Shown here piece after piece: positions 32,053-41,297 of a DNA stretch of 64,000 nt. Origin of the DNA: Candidatus Poseidoniales archaeon (GTDB taxonomy: Archaea; Thermoplasmatota; Poseidoniia; Poseidoniales; Thalassarchaeaceae); the NCBI GenBank assembly GCA_003602515.1, contig QQSB01000006.1:16234-80233 (forward strand), written 5' to 3'. The position numbers and the translations under genes were made by a program. Positions within the stretch are counted from its first letter, which is position 1. Each line of letters starts with the position of its first letter. Below the pieces are notes generated by a model. The model was given only the letters and a program-made list of their open reading frames with translations. It had not been told where the DNA came from and ran no database searches.

Positions 32053-32868
32053 GTGCCCTGCCCGAGTGTCATGCCAGTTTCTTCCGACATGATGGATGGA
32101 GGGGTCGCATTGGTTACTCTGTCTCCAGAAGCTTCCGCAGACACCTTCGCTCCCGCTAACTTCGAGCCCATTCTTTCCACATTGAATGAGATAATGATCG
32201 ATCCATTATGCAGATCAGTTGTGATTACCGGTTCCGGACGCTTCTTCTCCGCTGGTGGAAATATTGACGATTTCGCCGATGGAATAGAGAATGGAGAAAT
32301 TGGAGACAGGGTCCAGGAGATGACAGACAAGCTACATCCTTTGTTGCTGAGAATGAGGACATCGGAGAAAGTATTCGTTTGCGCGATTAACGGATCTGTT
32401 GCTGGTGGCGGATTAGGGTTAGCTCTGGCCTCTGACTATCGAGTCTGCGTACCTCAGGCAAAGTTAGCATCAGCCTTCTTCAGACTCGGTCTTTCTCCAG
32501 ACGGAGGTATGACTTGGCTACTACCGCGTTTGGTTGGAAATCAGGCGGCAAAGAGATTCCTCTTCAACTCGGAGGTCTGGTCCGGTGAGAAGGCAATGGA
32601 GGTGGGCGCTGTGGATGAATTAGTGGACGAGAGCATCCTCGTCGAGAGGTCATTGGAAGTCGCCAGAGAGTGGGGCAAATGGTCAGTGAACAGCAGGAGG
32701 GGCACTAAGCAGTTGCTCGACGCATCAACCTCGACTTTCTTCGAAACGCAACTTCAGTTCGAACAGTCGCTGATGGTAGCCTCTTCCAAGACCGAAGACT
32801 TCGCCGAAGGTGTAAGATCATTCAAGGAAAAGAGAGAGCCATCTTTCGGAGTCGAAGAGGAGGAGTAG
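32053..32868 (+). CDS. Enoyl-CoA hydratase/isomerase family protein
   Basis: Motifs VVITGSGRFFSAGGNIDDF and AINGSVAGGGLGLALASDYRV. The start is probably the internal Met at 32089/32092. Confidence 0.8.
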   Translation: MPCPSVMPVSSDMMDGGVALVTLSPEASADTFAPANFEPILSTLNEIMIDPLCRSVVITGSGRFFSAGGNIDDFADGIENGEIGDRVQEMTDKLHPLLLRMRTSEKVFVCAINGSVAGGGLGLALASDYRVCVPQAKLASAFFRLGLSPDGGMTWLLPRLVGNQAAKRFLFNSEVWSGEKAMEVGAVDELVDESILVERSLEVAREWGKWSVNSRRGTKQLLDASTSTFFETQLQFEQSLMVASSKTEDFAEGVRSFKEKREPSFGVEEEE

Positions 32869-32869
32869 A

Positions 32870-33331
32870 TTGTCCCGAAGGCTAATTGTAATGCGGCACG
32901 CGAAGAGCAGTTGGAAAGAGACCGATGTAGAAGACCATGACCGTCCTTTGAACAAGCGGGGGTTCAGGGACTCTCCACAGATGGCAGATGCCATCCATGA
33001 AAGGGGATGGTCGCCAGACCTGATTCTGGTTAGCAGTTCCAAGAGGACACTTCAGACCCTCTCGGGGATGTCCCATAGGTTCGAGGGAGTGCTATCAGAA
33101 ATCAGATCGGAGATTTATCATGCCACAGTGAATGACCTGTTGCTAGTACTGGAGGACATGGATAAAGAGGGAACAACCATGGTACTGGGTCATAACCCCG
33201 GTTCAGAGATACTGGTCAACCACCTATCTGGAGAATGGCATGTGATGCCAACGGCGACCGCGGTACTATTGGTTGAATCTGGAGAAGAATGGAAAGTCCA
33301 GGAAGTTATCCGTCCCAAGGAGATCCAGTAG
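32870..33331 (+). CDS. Histidine phosphatase family protein (SixA-like phosphohistidine phosphatase)
   Basis: LIVMRHAKSSW...RPLNKRGFRD is the RHG-family N-terminus. 153 aa. Confidence 0.65.
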   Translation: MSRRLIVMRHAKSSWKETDVEDHDRPLNKRGFRDSPQMADAIHERGWSPDLILVSSSKRTLQTLSGMSHRFEGVLSEIRSEIYHATVNDLLLVLEDMDKEGTTMVLGHNPGSEILVNHLSGEWHVMPTATAVLLVESGEEWKVQEVIRPKEIQ

Positions 33332-34621
33332 TCATGGCCGTGCCGGTACCTCTTCCGACCAGTGAGACATCTTGTTCAGCGTGATTGTCACGTTTGTAAC
33401 CTCGCCCTCTTCCCAATAGTCTACTGCTACGAATGTCGGCCTATTGTCCATCTTTTCCCAGCATTCCAAAGACCTGTTGAGCAGAGTATCATACTCATTC
33501 ACATCGTTTGCTAAAATAGGGTCTGGGAGCCCATAGATGCTCGAAAGCCAGTTATTCAGGTGCCAAACCGGCTGCGTTCCATCACCACGATGAACACTGC
33601 ACGACATCTCCTCCTTACTACCCTCTGCGTAGTTCGTTGTCCAGCCGAACATTCCGAAATCATGCAGCCACGGGAATTCGTCATTCTGCGCTTGCTCCCA
33701 GAAGACAACCAGGTTCTTCCCCATCAGAACCATATCTCCAAGGCTCGGCCATTCATCTCCCAGAGAATGCGTATAGATCCTATCCGCCATGCCAGTCTCG
33801 TTGAATAGGAAACTCAAGTGCGAGGCCGGGACGTAGTTCTCTATCAGTAGGGTGACAACATCCCCACTGGAGTTGTTCATCATGGAATTTAGCAACCTCA
33901 GCCATACGAACGCATCAACCTCTCCGAAATTGCAAGGATGGAAGAACTGTCCAGTACTATGGCAGAACCTGACATCCTCTGAAGTTGTGTTGTCGTAGTG
34001 TCTGTGGTGTGAGTCCACCATGAAGGCCCTGATCCCGTCATCCCACTGCCTCTGTAGACCTGTGTAGTGATTCACCCCCACTAGGACCTGATCCTCGATT
34101 GTGGAGTATGCATTGTGAGTCTCTGCGAATGTAAAGTCGTCATATGTCCGCAGGCAGTAACTTGCCTCTCCGTGGCAACTGATGAAGTCATTTGGGTCCA
34201 TTGGGTCGAAGCCCCTCTGTATCTCCCACTCGTTCGGAAGTCCATCCCCATCTGCATCATCATCCCAATCATCGCACTCCATGTCTCCGTCTAGGTCGCC
34301 TGGTACAGAGTCACGATCCAATGGATCAGTGCCGCATCTCACTTCAGAGGTATCACTCCAAGAATCTCCGTCATCATCTATGTCCATGGGGTCGCATTCA
34401 GAATCGCCATCAGTATCGGTGGGGACCACGTCACCATCATTTGGATCCGAGGTGCAATTCAACTCCTCGGAATTGCTCCAACCATCGCCGTCGATATCGA
34501 TATCCTCTGAGTCCTGAATGCCATCCCCATCCATGTCAGGGGGCGAGTCTTCCAAGCATCCCGAAGTGATTAGTAAGGCGCACAAAACAAAGGAAATCAA
34601 CTTCCTCTGCATTCCATGCAC
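33332..34621 (-). CDS. Secreted PLC-like phosphodiesterase (PI-PLC X-domain-like) with N-terminal thrombospondin-type-3-like Asp-rich Ca-binding repeats
   Basis: Signal peptide with a near-lipobox (ITSGC). About 110 aa of DxDGDGxxDxxD-type repeats. A following ETHNAYS...GIRAFMVDSHH region resembles the PLC-like phosphodiesterase TIM-barrel fold. Confidence 0.55.
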   Translation of the reverse strand: MHGMQRKLISFVLCALLITSGCLEDSPPDMDGDGIQDSEDIDIDGDGWSNSEELNCTSDPNDGDVVPTDTDGDSECDPMDIDDDGDSWSDTSEVRCGTDPLDRDSVPGDLDGDMECDDWDDDADGDGLPNEWEIQRGFDPMDPNDFISCHGEASYCLRTYDDFTFAETHNAYSTIEDQVLVGVNHYTGLQRQWDDGIRAFMVDSHHRHYDNTTSEDVRFCHSTGQFFHPCNFGEVDAFVWLRLLNSMMNNSSGDVVTLLIENYVPASHLSFLFNETGMADRIYTHSLGDEWPSLGDMVLMGKNLVVFWEQAQNDEFPWLHDFGMFGWTTNYAEGSKEEMSCSVHRGDGTQPVWHLNNWLSSIYGLPDPILANDVNEYDTLLNRSLECWEKMDNRPTFVAVDYWEEGEVTNVTITLNKMSHWSEEVPARP

Positions 34622-34646
34622 CCCTCATATCGATCTGTAGTAATAA

Positions 34647-35465
34647 CTAGCCCATCATATCCTCATGATGATTCGGAACGAAGGTCTGCTCGGTCATTGG
34701 TGGCCTGACGTAACCTCTTGCGCTTTTCCTATCTGGGAGTTCAATAGGCTCCGGTGTGAGGTCCTCGTAGTCAATCACAGAGAGAAGGTGACTGATGCAA
34801 TTCAAGTGCGCATGCCTTTTGATGTCCGAGTTTACTACGAACCATGGGGACTGCTTGGTATCCGTATGAGCGAACATCACGTCCTTCGCCTCGGAGTAGT
34901 CTTCCCAGCGAGTAAGCGACTCTAAATCCATTGGACTCAGCTTCCACCTCTTGTGAGGTTCGGCTAGCCTTGCTTTGAATCGCTTCAGTTGCTCGTCATC
35001 GGATACTGAGAACCAGTACTTGATCAGAATCGTACCTGACCTCATGAGCATCCTCTCGAACATAGGGCATGATCTCATGAACTCGTCATATTCATCCTCA
35101 TCACAGAAACCCATCACTCTCTCGACTCCTGCTCTGTTGTACCAACTCCTGTCGAACATTACTATCTCTCCAGCTGCAGGAAGATGATTGACGTACCTTT
35201 GGAAATACCACTCTGTCTTCTGCCTCTCTGTCGGTGCAGGTAGAGCAGCGACTCTCACAACTCTTGGGTTGAGGTACTGTGAGATCCTCTTGATTACGCC
35301 CCCCTTGCCAGCAGCATCCCTGCCTTCGAAGACAACCACAACTTTGAGTCCCTTTGCCTTCACCCATTCCTGCAGCTTGATCAATTCAAGTTGTAGTCTG
35401 AATAATTCCGCACTATACTTCTTCTTGCCAATTCTTTCGATTTTCTCGCTCCCCTTGTCGCCCAT
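34647..35465 (-). CDS. Polyphosphate kinase 2 (PPK2) family
   Basis: VVVFEGRDAAGKGG Walker A and the PPK2 lid region. 272 aa. Confidence 0.8.
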   Translation of the reverse strand: MGDKGSEKIERIGKKKYSAELFRLQLELIKLQEWVKAKGLKVVVVFEGRDAAGKGGVIKRISQYLNPRVVRVAALPAPTERQKTEWYFQRYVNHLPAAGEIVMFDRSWYNRAGVERVMGFCDEDEYDEFMRSCPMFERMLMRSGTILIKYWFSVSDDEQLKRFKARLAEPHKRWKLSPMDLESLTRWEDYSEAKDVMFAHTDTKQSPWFVVNSDIKRHAHLNCISHLLSVIDYEDLTPEPIELPDRKSARGYVRPPMTEQTFVPNHHEDMMG

Positions 35466-35533
35466 TGTAATCAGTCTTCCATGACCGTCTGTGACAAAAG
35501 CCCTCTGGTCAAAATTTTCCAGGATTTACTCGT

Positions 35534-36196
35534 CTATAGGAGACTGACAAGATCCTTCAATGACGCGACTGGATCGCCTGATTTTGTCACCCCACTAGCC
35601 AGAAGAACCCCTGAAGCCCCAAGGTCATTCGCCTTGGCAACGTCAGCACCGGTCTTCACGCCAGCCCCACAAAGAATCCCAACGGACCCTGAAACATCCT
35701 TCACCGCTTGAGCAGTCCCACTGACAATTTCTGGATCAGCACTAGTAACGGAGACATCCCCGCCAATCAATTCAGGCGGTTCCACAGCGACGAAGTCAGG
35801 CTCCAAAGCTGCGAGAGCCTTAGCCTCCTCCACATCAGCAGCACATGCGCAGACCTCGAATCCTTCCGGCACCTGTTCGAGCAGCATTGCCACATGCTCG
35901 AGACTGACCTTGTGTTCTGCATGATTGATGAGCGTGCCCGAAGCCCCCCTCTCGATTGCTGTAGAGGGATGTAACCATCCAGTATTGGAGCCAAATCCAA
36001 CTGGATCTAGGTGTTGGCACCAGACCTCTAGATTTGGGGCTGCAGCCACGACAGAGGACAGGTCAAAAGCTGATACGGCTGCAATCATCCTGGCATCTGT
36101 TTCTATGCTTTCCATAGCCCGAGCAAGATCCTCGGCCGAAGTACCGTGAGCGGTCTGGTATGTCTTGAAGTTCACAACTACAAGATGGTCGCTCAC
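35534..36196 (-). CDS. tpiA: Triosephosphate isomerase, short archaeal type
   Basis: Motifs VVVNFKTY, GTLINHAEHK and GVLLASGVTK. The length of about 220 aa is typical of archaeal TIM. Confidence 0.85.
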   Translation of the reverse strand: MSDHLVVVNFKTYQTAHGTSAEDLARAMESIETDARMIAAVSAFDLSSVVAAAPNLEVWCQHLDPVGFGSNTGWLHPSTAIERGASGTLINHAEHKVSLEHVAMLLEQVPEGFEVCACAADVEEAKALAALEPDFVAVEPPELIGGDVSVTSADPEIVSGTAQAVKDVSGSVGILCGAGVKTGADVAKANDLGASGVLLASGVTKSGDPVASLKDLVSLL

Positions 36197-36269
36197 AGTG
36201 TCCCGAGTAGCCCAGCCTCTTTGACCATGTTGGGGATTAGTCCAATACCTAGAACTAGTTCTGGGGCCT

Positions 36270-37580
36270 ATGACAGATGCTCCAGATTGGTCAGAGAGGA
36301 TCCTCTCCGAGTACTACTCAGATGGATCTGGGATCGATCTCTCGTGGTTGGATAAGCCAACCAGGCACCAATTCCGATGGAGGACTCTGAAGGGACCATG
36401 GGTTACATCGAGGAAGAGGATTTCATCAGGCGAATCACTAGTGAAGTCCTTCGACTCGATGCCCACTGATGTGTATGTGTCCACTTCCTCTTGGCTAGAC
36501 CCAGTTAACCTCCCTAAATTGAAGGACTCCAAGCGCCCACCGCCCATTTTGATAGATCACATGGTCGTTTTCGACATCGATATGAGGCCATTCTGCAGGA
36601 GTAGGCTAGAGATGGCGAGGAAAGAGGCCCTCAGCCTAAGTGAATGGATCACCGAGAATACTGATTTGGAAATTCGCCATGCCTCTTTCTCCGGAAGCAA
36701 GGGCTTCCACATAGTGGCAATTGATCCGGACAGGTCGCCTTTCGAAGAGCCAGACCCAGCAAAGAGGGAGCTAGCGATAAGGGAGAACAGGAAGGCTCTG
36801 CTAGGAAGGGTGATTGAAGCAGGTCACGATGTCGACCCTGTGGTTACTGCAGATACGCGTAGGATAATCCGAGTGCCAGGGACATTGCATGGCTCAACCG
36901 GATGGGCTTGCTCGATCCTCGGGGAAGGGCTACTCGAGAGGCCAGTAAGAGGGTGGATATCTGACATCCCGAAACATGAGATGGCCTCTTCGATGCCTAG
37001 AAGGCCTCCGATCAAGATTCCCCGATTTAAGCACAGAAAGAAGACAGCGGTTAGGACACGTACAGTCATGGCAGGGAGTCATGAGTTTGTCAGCCTAGAG
37101 GTAAGCAGCCATGTCCCCGGAACGAAGGACCGTTCCGCATTGGTTGCATGGCTCCCTATTCGATGGGGAAACGCCTCTGATTCGATTGATAGGGCCCAAA
37201 TGGAGTTTGACTCCATAGACCTAGGACCCGTGGCATACATGCACGACGGCGAGAGGGTTCTGGCAATCATCCCAAGGGCGATACCACGAGATTTCCTTCT
37301 GAGTAGAATTGGCAGAATGGGGATTAGGAGACTAGAGAATGATCTCAGGAGGTTCGAACACTCTTGGGTCAGGATTTCTGGTAGGATGGTCGAGGGTGAT
37401 TGGGAGGCCGAGATGGAACCAATTACAGTGCTCGGCTACGACTCTAGTGAGAGATGCATGCACCCTTGGTCCGCTCCCCATCTCGACCTTTGCAAGAGTC
37501 TCGGCCTACCAATCAGGCATGGTGCAGGCGATATCTCAGGGAAACCAAAGGCATCCATCAGAGTAGCCGTCCACCGCTGA
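36270..37580 (+). CDS. priS: DNA primase catalytic (small) subunit PriS, archaeo-eukaryotic primase, with a C-terminal extension
   Basis: AEP motifs: LSEYY, DHMVVFDIDMRP (DxD), SGSKGFHIV (SGxRGxH) and TRRIIRVPGTLHGSTG. Confidence 0.75.
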   Translation: MTDAPDWSERILSEYYSDGSGIDLSWLDKPTRHQFRWRTLKGPWVTSRKRISSGESLVKSFDSMPTDVYVSTSSWLDPVNLPKLKDSKRPPPILIDHMVVFDIDMRPFCRSRLEMARKEALSLSEWITENTDLEIRHASFSGSKGFHIVAIDPDRSPFEEPDPAKRELAIRENRKALLGRVIEAGHDVDPVVTADTRRIIRVPGTLHGSTGWACSILGEGLLERPVRGWISDIPKHEMASSMPRRPPIKIPRFKHRKKTAVRTRTVMAGSHEFVSLEVSSHVPGTKDRSALVAWLPIRWGNASDSIDRAQMEFDSIDLGPVAYMHDGERVLAIIPRAIPRDFLLSRIGRMGIRRLENDLRRFEHSWVRISGRMVEGDWEAEMEPITVLGYDSSERCMHPWSAPHLDLCKSLGLPIRHGAGDISGKPKASIRVAVHR

Positions 37581-37646
37581 GTTTATTTCCCGTCGATCCA
37601 ACCTCGTTTCGTCCCGAAGAAGGAGCCCAATGGGCAATGACTGCTG

Positions 37647-38504
37647 TTGCGTACCGCAACCTTAGCCGGTACCTCATCGGTCCGGGCGCCGGGACAGCGC
37701 CCGGGCCTCAAGGTTGTGCAACCTATGTCTGCTGAGATTGTCCTGGGAATCATCGTCCTCTTCTTCAGTGGTGTCTGGTCTGCAATCAAGTTCGTGGACG
37801 ATTACACAGACAACAGATTGGTGTTCTTCGTTCCAGCGGCGGTGCTGTCTCTGTTCCTTCTTACTGGAATCGGAGAGGGCTTTGTGTTCTTCGCCTTCCT
37901 CTTCGCTTTCGGACCAATAATTGCCATGCTGATAATTGTCGGACTCGATCAGGGTGGCCAAAACTCAATTTCATCAGCAAGAACATGGGCTACATCGAGT
38001 TCAAGTCCAAGAAAGAAGAAGGACCTGAATCGCAAACTCGCACCGGGTTACAAGCGTGCCTATGACAGATTGATTGGTTATGTCCAAGCCAGGGGGGGAG
38101 AAATAAAATCCCGGGATGACGGAATTCGCAGGCTTAAAGAATTGGGATCTTTCGATGCGGAACGATTCTTCTCAAGCCCTTACGTTATCAAGACGTTAGG
38201 TCTTGCCTCCGAATCTACCTCCAAAAAACAGTCACATGTTTCTGGAGGCGGTGCCTCCAATGGATCAGAAAGAAAGGACTCAGGAGATTTTTCTGAAATT
38301 GAAGGTGACGATTGGTGGGAGAAGGGTTACGAAGAAGGAACAGAAAAATCAACCCAGAAAACAGACCCTTCTGGGGATTCATGTGGAGACCCACAATGCT
38401 CTAATCCAGTATCCGCCTTTGACTTCCGGTGCTTCACTTGTCGTAGGAGGTTCTGCAGCGAGCATGCTGGAGCAAACATCGAGTGCAGCGAGTGCTCGAA
38501 GTGA
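37647..38504 (+). CDS. Membrane protein with a C-terminal AN1-like zinc-ribbon
   Basis: Three or four N-terminal TM helices. The C-terminus CGDPQC-x10-CFTC-x4-C-x2-H-x5-EC-x2-C approximates the AN1 zinc finger. Confidence 0.4.
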   Translation: MRTATLAGTSSVRAPGQRPGLKVVQPMSAEIVLGIIVLFFSGVWSAIKFVDDYTDNRLVFFVPAAVLSLFLLTGIGEGFVFFAFLFAFGPIIAMLIIVGLDQGGQNSISSARTWATSSSSPRKKKDLNRKLAPGYKRAYDRLIGYVQARGGEIKSRDDGIRRLKELGSFDAERFFSSPYVIKTLGLASESTSKKQSHVSGGGASNGSERKDSGDFSEIEGDDWWEKGYEEGTEKSTQKTDPSGDSCGDPQCSNPVSAFDFRCFTCRRRFCSEHAGANIECSECSK

Positions 38505-41297
38505 TTAGAGGAAAACGCTCTTCTTGTGGGTCGAGGATCTGGGTGAAAGCCCCGCTCGCTTGATCTCGCTGACCATCTCCTTCCCGCTCCTGCTGTGTCC
38601 ATACTGAACCTCGCCTGGACTCACCTTCCAGTTCCACTGCCGCTCGAAGACCTTCGCATCCTCCATGTTGCGACAGAGCTTCTTGGGGACTGCATGGAAC
38701 ATTGAAAGGACGTTCTTCTTCCTCCTGAAGTACTTGCCAACAACCTCAGGTAGCAAGTCGCTTAGCCACGTCTCGCTAACCACCTTGACCTCTCTCTGTA
38801 TCACGTACCTGGGATTCTCCAGAGGTCCGAGTACCTCCTCCATGGCCTCTGCGAAGATGGCCGACTCTTCTTCCGATGCCTGCTCCAGGTAGGTCCTCAT
38901 CCAGCCCCCGCCTCTGCTGCCGCCTCCAACGTTCACGTCGAACCCGATGTGTCCTAGGGACTGCAGCGAGGAGGCGACCGCGTCCGCAATCGCCAGGATA
39001 AGTGACTCATCGGACCATTGGGCCATCCCGATCCTGTTTGTAGGAGGAAAACCACCTCCAAGACCACTACCTTTGATCTCTATCGCTTCCCTGGGAACCG
39101 CGCTGAAGGGCTCGCCGATGCCCCATAGGTCTCTGGTGCGCTCCCGATTCTTGGATCTCATCAGCATCTCCTCGTTGAAAACGTCCATCGCCTCGGAGAC
39201 TCCCTCCGGACGAGCCTCGGTGAAGGCGGCGTGGACATGGCCTACTCCCTTCTCTATTGCACCATCGTCGCAGACTCCGTAGAGCTGCTTGTGCTTCCTC
39301 TTGAATCGCAGGTAGTCGTCGAAACCCTTCTTGAACTCGTCAGCCAAGCAAACGATGTCCCAGTTGTTTGCAACCTTCTCCGGCCAATGCTTGTCCAGCC
39401 TGAAAGACCTCCCTCTGAGTTGGTTGATGCTCATGCTGGTCGTGACTGTGGTCAGGTCAACGAGAACGTTGATTCTGCTTGCATCCCATCCCTCCCCCAG
39501 TAACCCTCTTGTTCCCACGAGGCATTTCGTCACCCCCTCCTGGAACATCTCCGTGATCATCATCGTGTAGTAGCGAGGCAGCCAGTCCTTACCCTTGCCC
39601 CTGATCTCGAAGTAACCCTCATTCTCGACATAGTCGAATTTGATTTCCAGGCTCCTTGCCTCTACCCATTGCTCGAATCTAGGGAAGATCCTCTCCAACA
39701 GGTCGTCATCGACTAGCACCGTCGTCCCCGTCATTAGCACGGGATCCAGTCTGTCAGTAGCCTCGCTCCCGAGGACCGCCCTGTATGCTGCGATCGCGCC
39801 GCCCGCCTCTTTGTCCAGGACCCCTTTAACAAGTGCCGTGGCCGACGTCTTCTCGAAGTCGGTGACTATCACTGCCCTGATTTCAGGACCCAGCGCCTGC
39901 ATCTCCGATTGCAGGATGTCTCGCAGCGCATCGTACTTCGCGGACCCATATGCCATCACCCTCCCAACCGGGGAGGCACAGGCCCTAGCTCCTCCTTTGG
40001 TGATCTGGATTCCGAGCATCCTGAGCTTCTTCTTCGCATCCTCAGCAAGAGCATGGTCCTCCTTGCTCTCCGACCTCATCAGCCCGTTCCTGATGTATCG
40101 ATCGAGTAGCGTGATGAGCGTGTCCATACTGTTCCCCGCAGCGACCAGCTCTGGAGATGGATTTGGGACTCCATCTGGTAGACTCAGGCCCCCAGATGTC
40201 AGGTATCCCCTAGCCGCATCCGCCAGAGACGGGTCGCTTCGCCTGAATGAATTCCAGTCCTTGGCCTTACGGCCCGCCAGTGACAGCTCGTCAAGCACCC
40301 TTGCCAGCCAGACCTCGAGACGAGGGACTCTACCACTAACATCAGCGGGTCCTCTTCTAAGAGACTTGACCAATGATTCGAAGTCTTGGTCCACATTCGC
40401 AATGTAACTCAACTCATCAGAGGATGGACGGACGAAGTAAGCCAGATCCTGATATGGGGAAAGGTTGCTATCCCTGACCAATGCGGGTACTGGGACCTCG
40501 TAGTCTACTTCTCCGAAGAGTTCCAGATACCTTCCTATTGAACGGGCATCACCCTCCTCTGGAGGAGTGGCAGTAAGCCCTAGGATGATCGGATTGCCGA
40601 GGAATTCCCTCGCCTCGATGAGTACCTTGCCCCAGTGATCCATTAGGTGATGACACTCGTCGAGAATGATCAGGCCCACTCCAACATCGGCGAGTTTCAT
40701 CAGATTCTCCCTGGCTGACTCGTGAAGGACCCATAGCGCATTGCCGTGATCGGCCAGGGAATCCCTCGCCTTCTTCCGATAGTGGCCCATGGTCTCCGCA
40801 TGATGCTCTGGGTTCTTCTCTTCGAGATCGTTTATCCATGCCATGGCGCTCTCCATATCATCCGCCTCTATCACTCCGGAGTCGGAGGGAGCCATCAGTT
40901 TCGAGATCCACATTTCCTGTGCTGCCTCGTCCAGATTTTCTCCCCCTCTCTTGGGCAGGGTTACCGACTGGTACGTTAGCGAAGTCAGGATCCCAGGATT
41001 CTTCGGGTCCGTGCCGATCTCAGACTCCCTCCCATCTAGGTGGAAGAGCTCCTTCGCCCTCTCGATCCATTGCGCCTGTATTGCCGAGTTTGGACTGAGC
41101 ACTAGTGTTGGCTTCCTGACTAGGTCAGACCAGACATACAGTCCCAGTACTGTCTTTCCGGAGCCAGGGGGAGCGACGATTAGGAGTTCCTTTGAGCCAC
41201 CCTTCAGATCCTTCCTGATTACGCTTGATGATGCGACTTGGGATGGTCTGAGATTTCCAGAGAACTGGATTCCTCCGAATTCATCAGTCATTGCCAA
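38505..41297 (-). CDS. Superfamily 2 helicase (COG1061 / type III restriction Res-subunit-like, DExH) with an uncharacterised C-terminal domain of about 300 aa
   Basis: Motifs RPSQ, APPGSGKT (motif I), LIILDECHHL (motif II), LGLTATP (motif III) and QLRGRSFR (motif VI). 930 aa. The start is adjacent to the stop of the upstream NDP-sugar pyrophosphorylase. Confidence 0.7.
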   Translation of the reverse strand: MAMTDEFGGIQFSGNLRPSQVASSSVIRKDLKGGSKELLIVAPPGSGKTVLGLYVWSDLVRKPTLVLSPNSAIQAQWIERAKELFHLDGRESEIGTDPKNPGILTSLTYQSVTLPKRGGENLDEAAQEMWISKLMAPSDSGVIEADDMESAMAWINDLEEKNPEHHAETMGHYRKKARDSLADHGNALWVLHESARENLMKLADVGVGLIILDECHHLMDHWGKVLIEAREFLGNPIILGLTATPPEEGDARSIGRYLELFGEVDYEVPVPALVRDSNLSPYQDLAYFVRPSSDELSYIANVDQDFESLVKSLRRGPADVSGRVPRLEVWLARVLDELSLAGRKAKDWNSFRRSDPSLADAARGYLTSGGLSLPDGVPNPSPELVAAGNSMDTLITLLDRYIRNGLMRSESKEDHALAEDAKKKLRMLGIQITKGGARACASPVGRVMAYGSAKYDALRDILQSEMQALGPEIRAVIVTDFEKTSATALVKGVLDKEAGGAIAAYRAVLGSEATDRLDPVLMTGTTVLVDDDLLERIFPRFEQWVEARSLEIKFDYVENEGYFEIRGKGKDWLPRYYTMMITEMFQEGVTKCLVGTRGLLGEGWDASRINVLVDLTTVTTSMSINQLRGRSFRLDKHWPEKVANNWDIVCLADEFKKGFDDYLRFKRKHKQLYGVCDDGAIEKGVGHVHAAFTEARPEGVSEAMDVFNEEMLMRSKNRERTRDLWGIGEPFSAVPREAIEIKGSGLGGGFPPTNRIGMAQWSDESLILAIADAVASSLQSLGHIGFDVNVGGGSRGGGWMRTYLEQASEEESAIFAEAMEEVLGPLENPRYVIQREVKVVSETWLSDLLPEVVGKYFRRKKNVLSMFHAVPKKLCRNMEDAKVFERQWNWKVSPGEVQYGHSRSGKEMVSEIKRAGLSPRSSTHKKSVFL

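Noticed and set aside
33332-34621. A lipobox for the PLC-like protein (ITSGC).
   Set aside because: Position -3 is Thr rather than Leu/Val/Ile, so it is treated as an ordinary signal peptide. By contrast, LLSGC at 50864 does fit a lipobox.
39640-40407. A 255-aa ORF on the + strand, plus many other 60-170-aa ORFs antisense to or overlapping strongly supported genes (e.g. 568-774, 12866-13252, 21091-21579, 24394-24909, 40843-41319).
   Set aside because: They lie entirely inside long ORFs that carry clear conserved motifs. They are Ser/Ala/Pro-rich low-complexity translations typical of antisense frames in GC-moderate DNA and have no independent start context.
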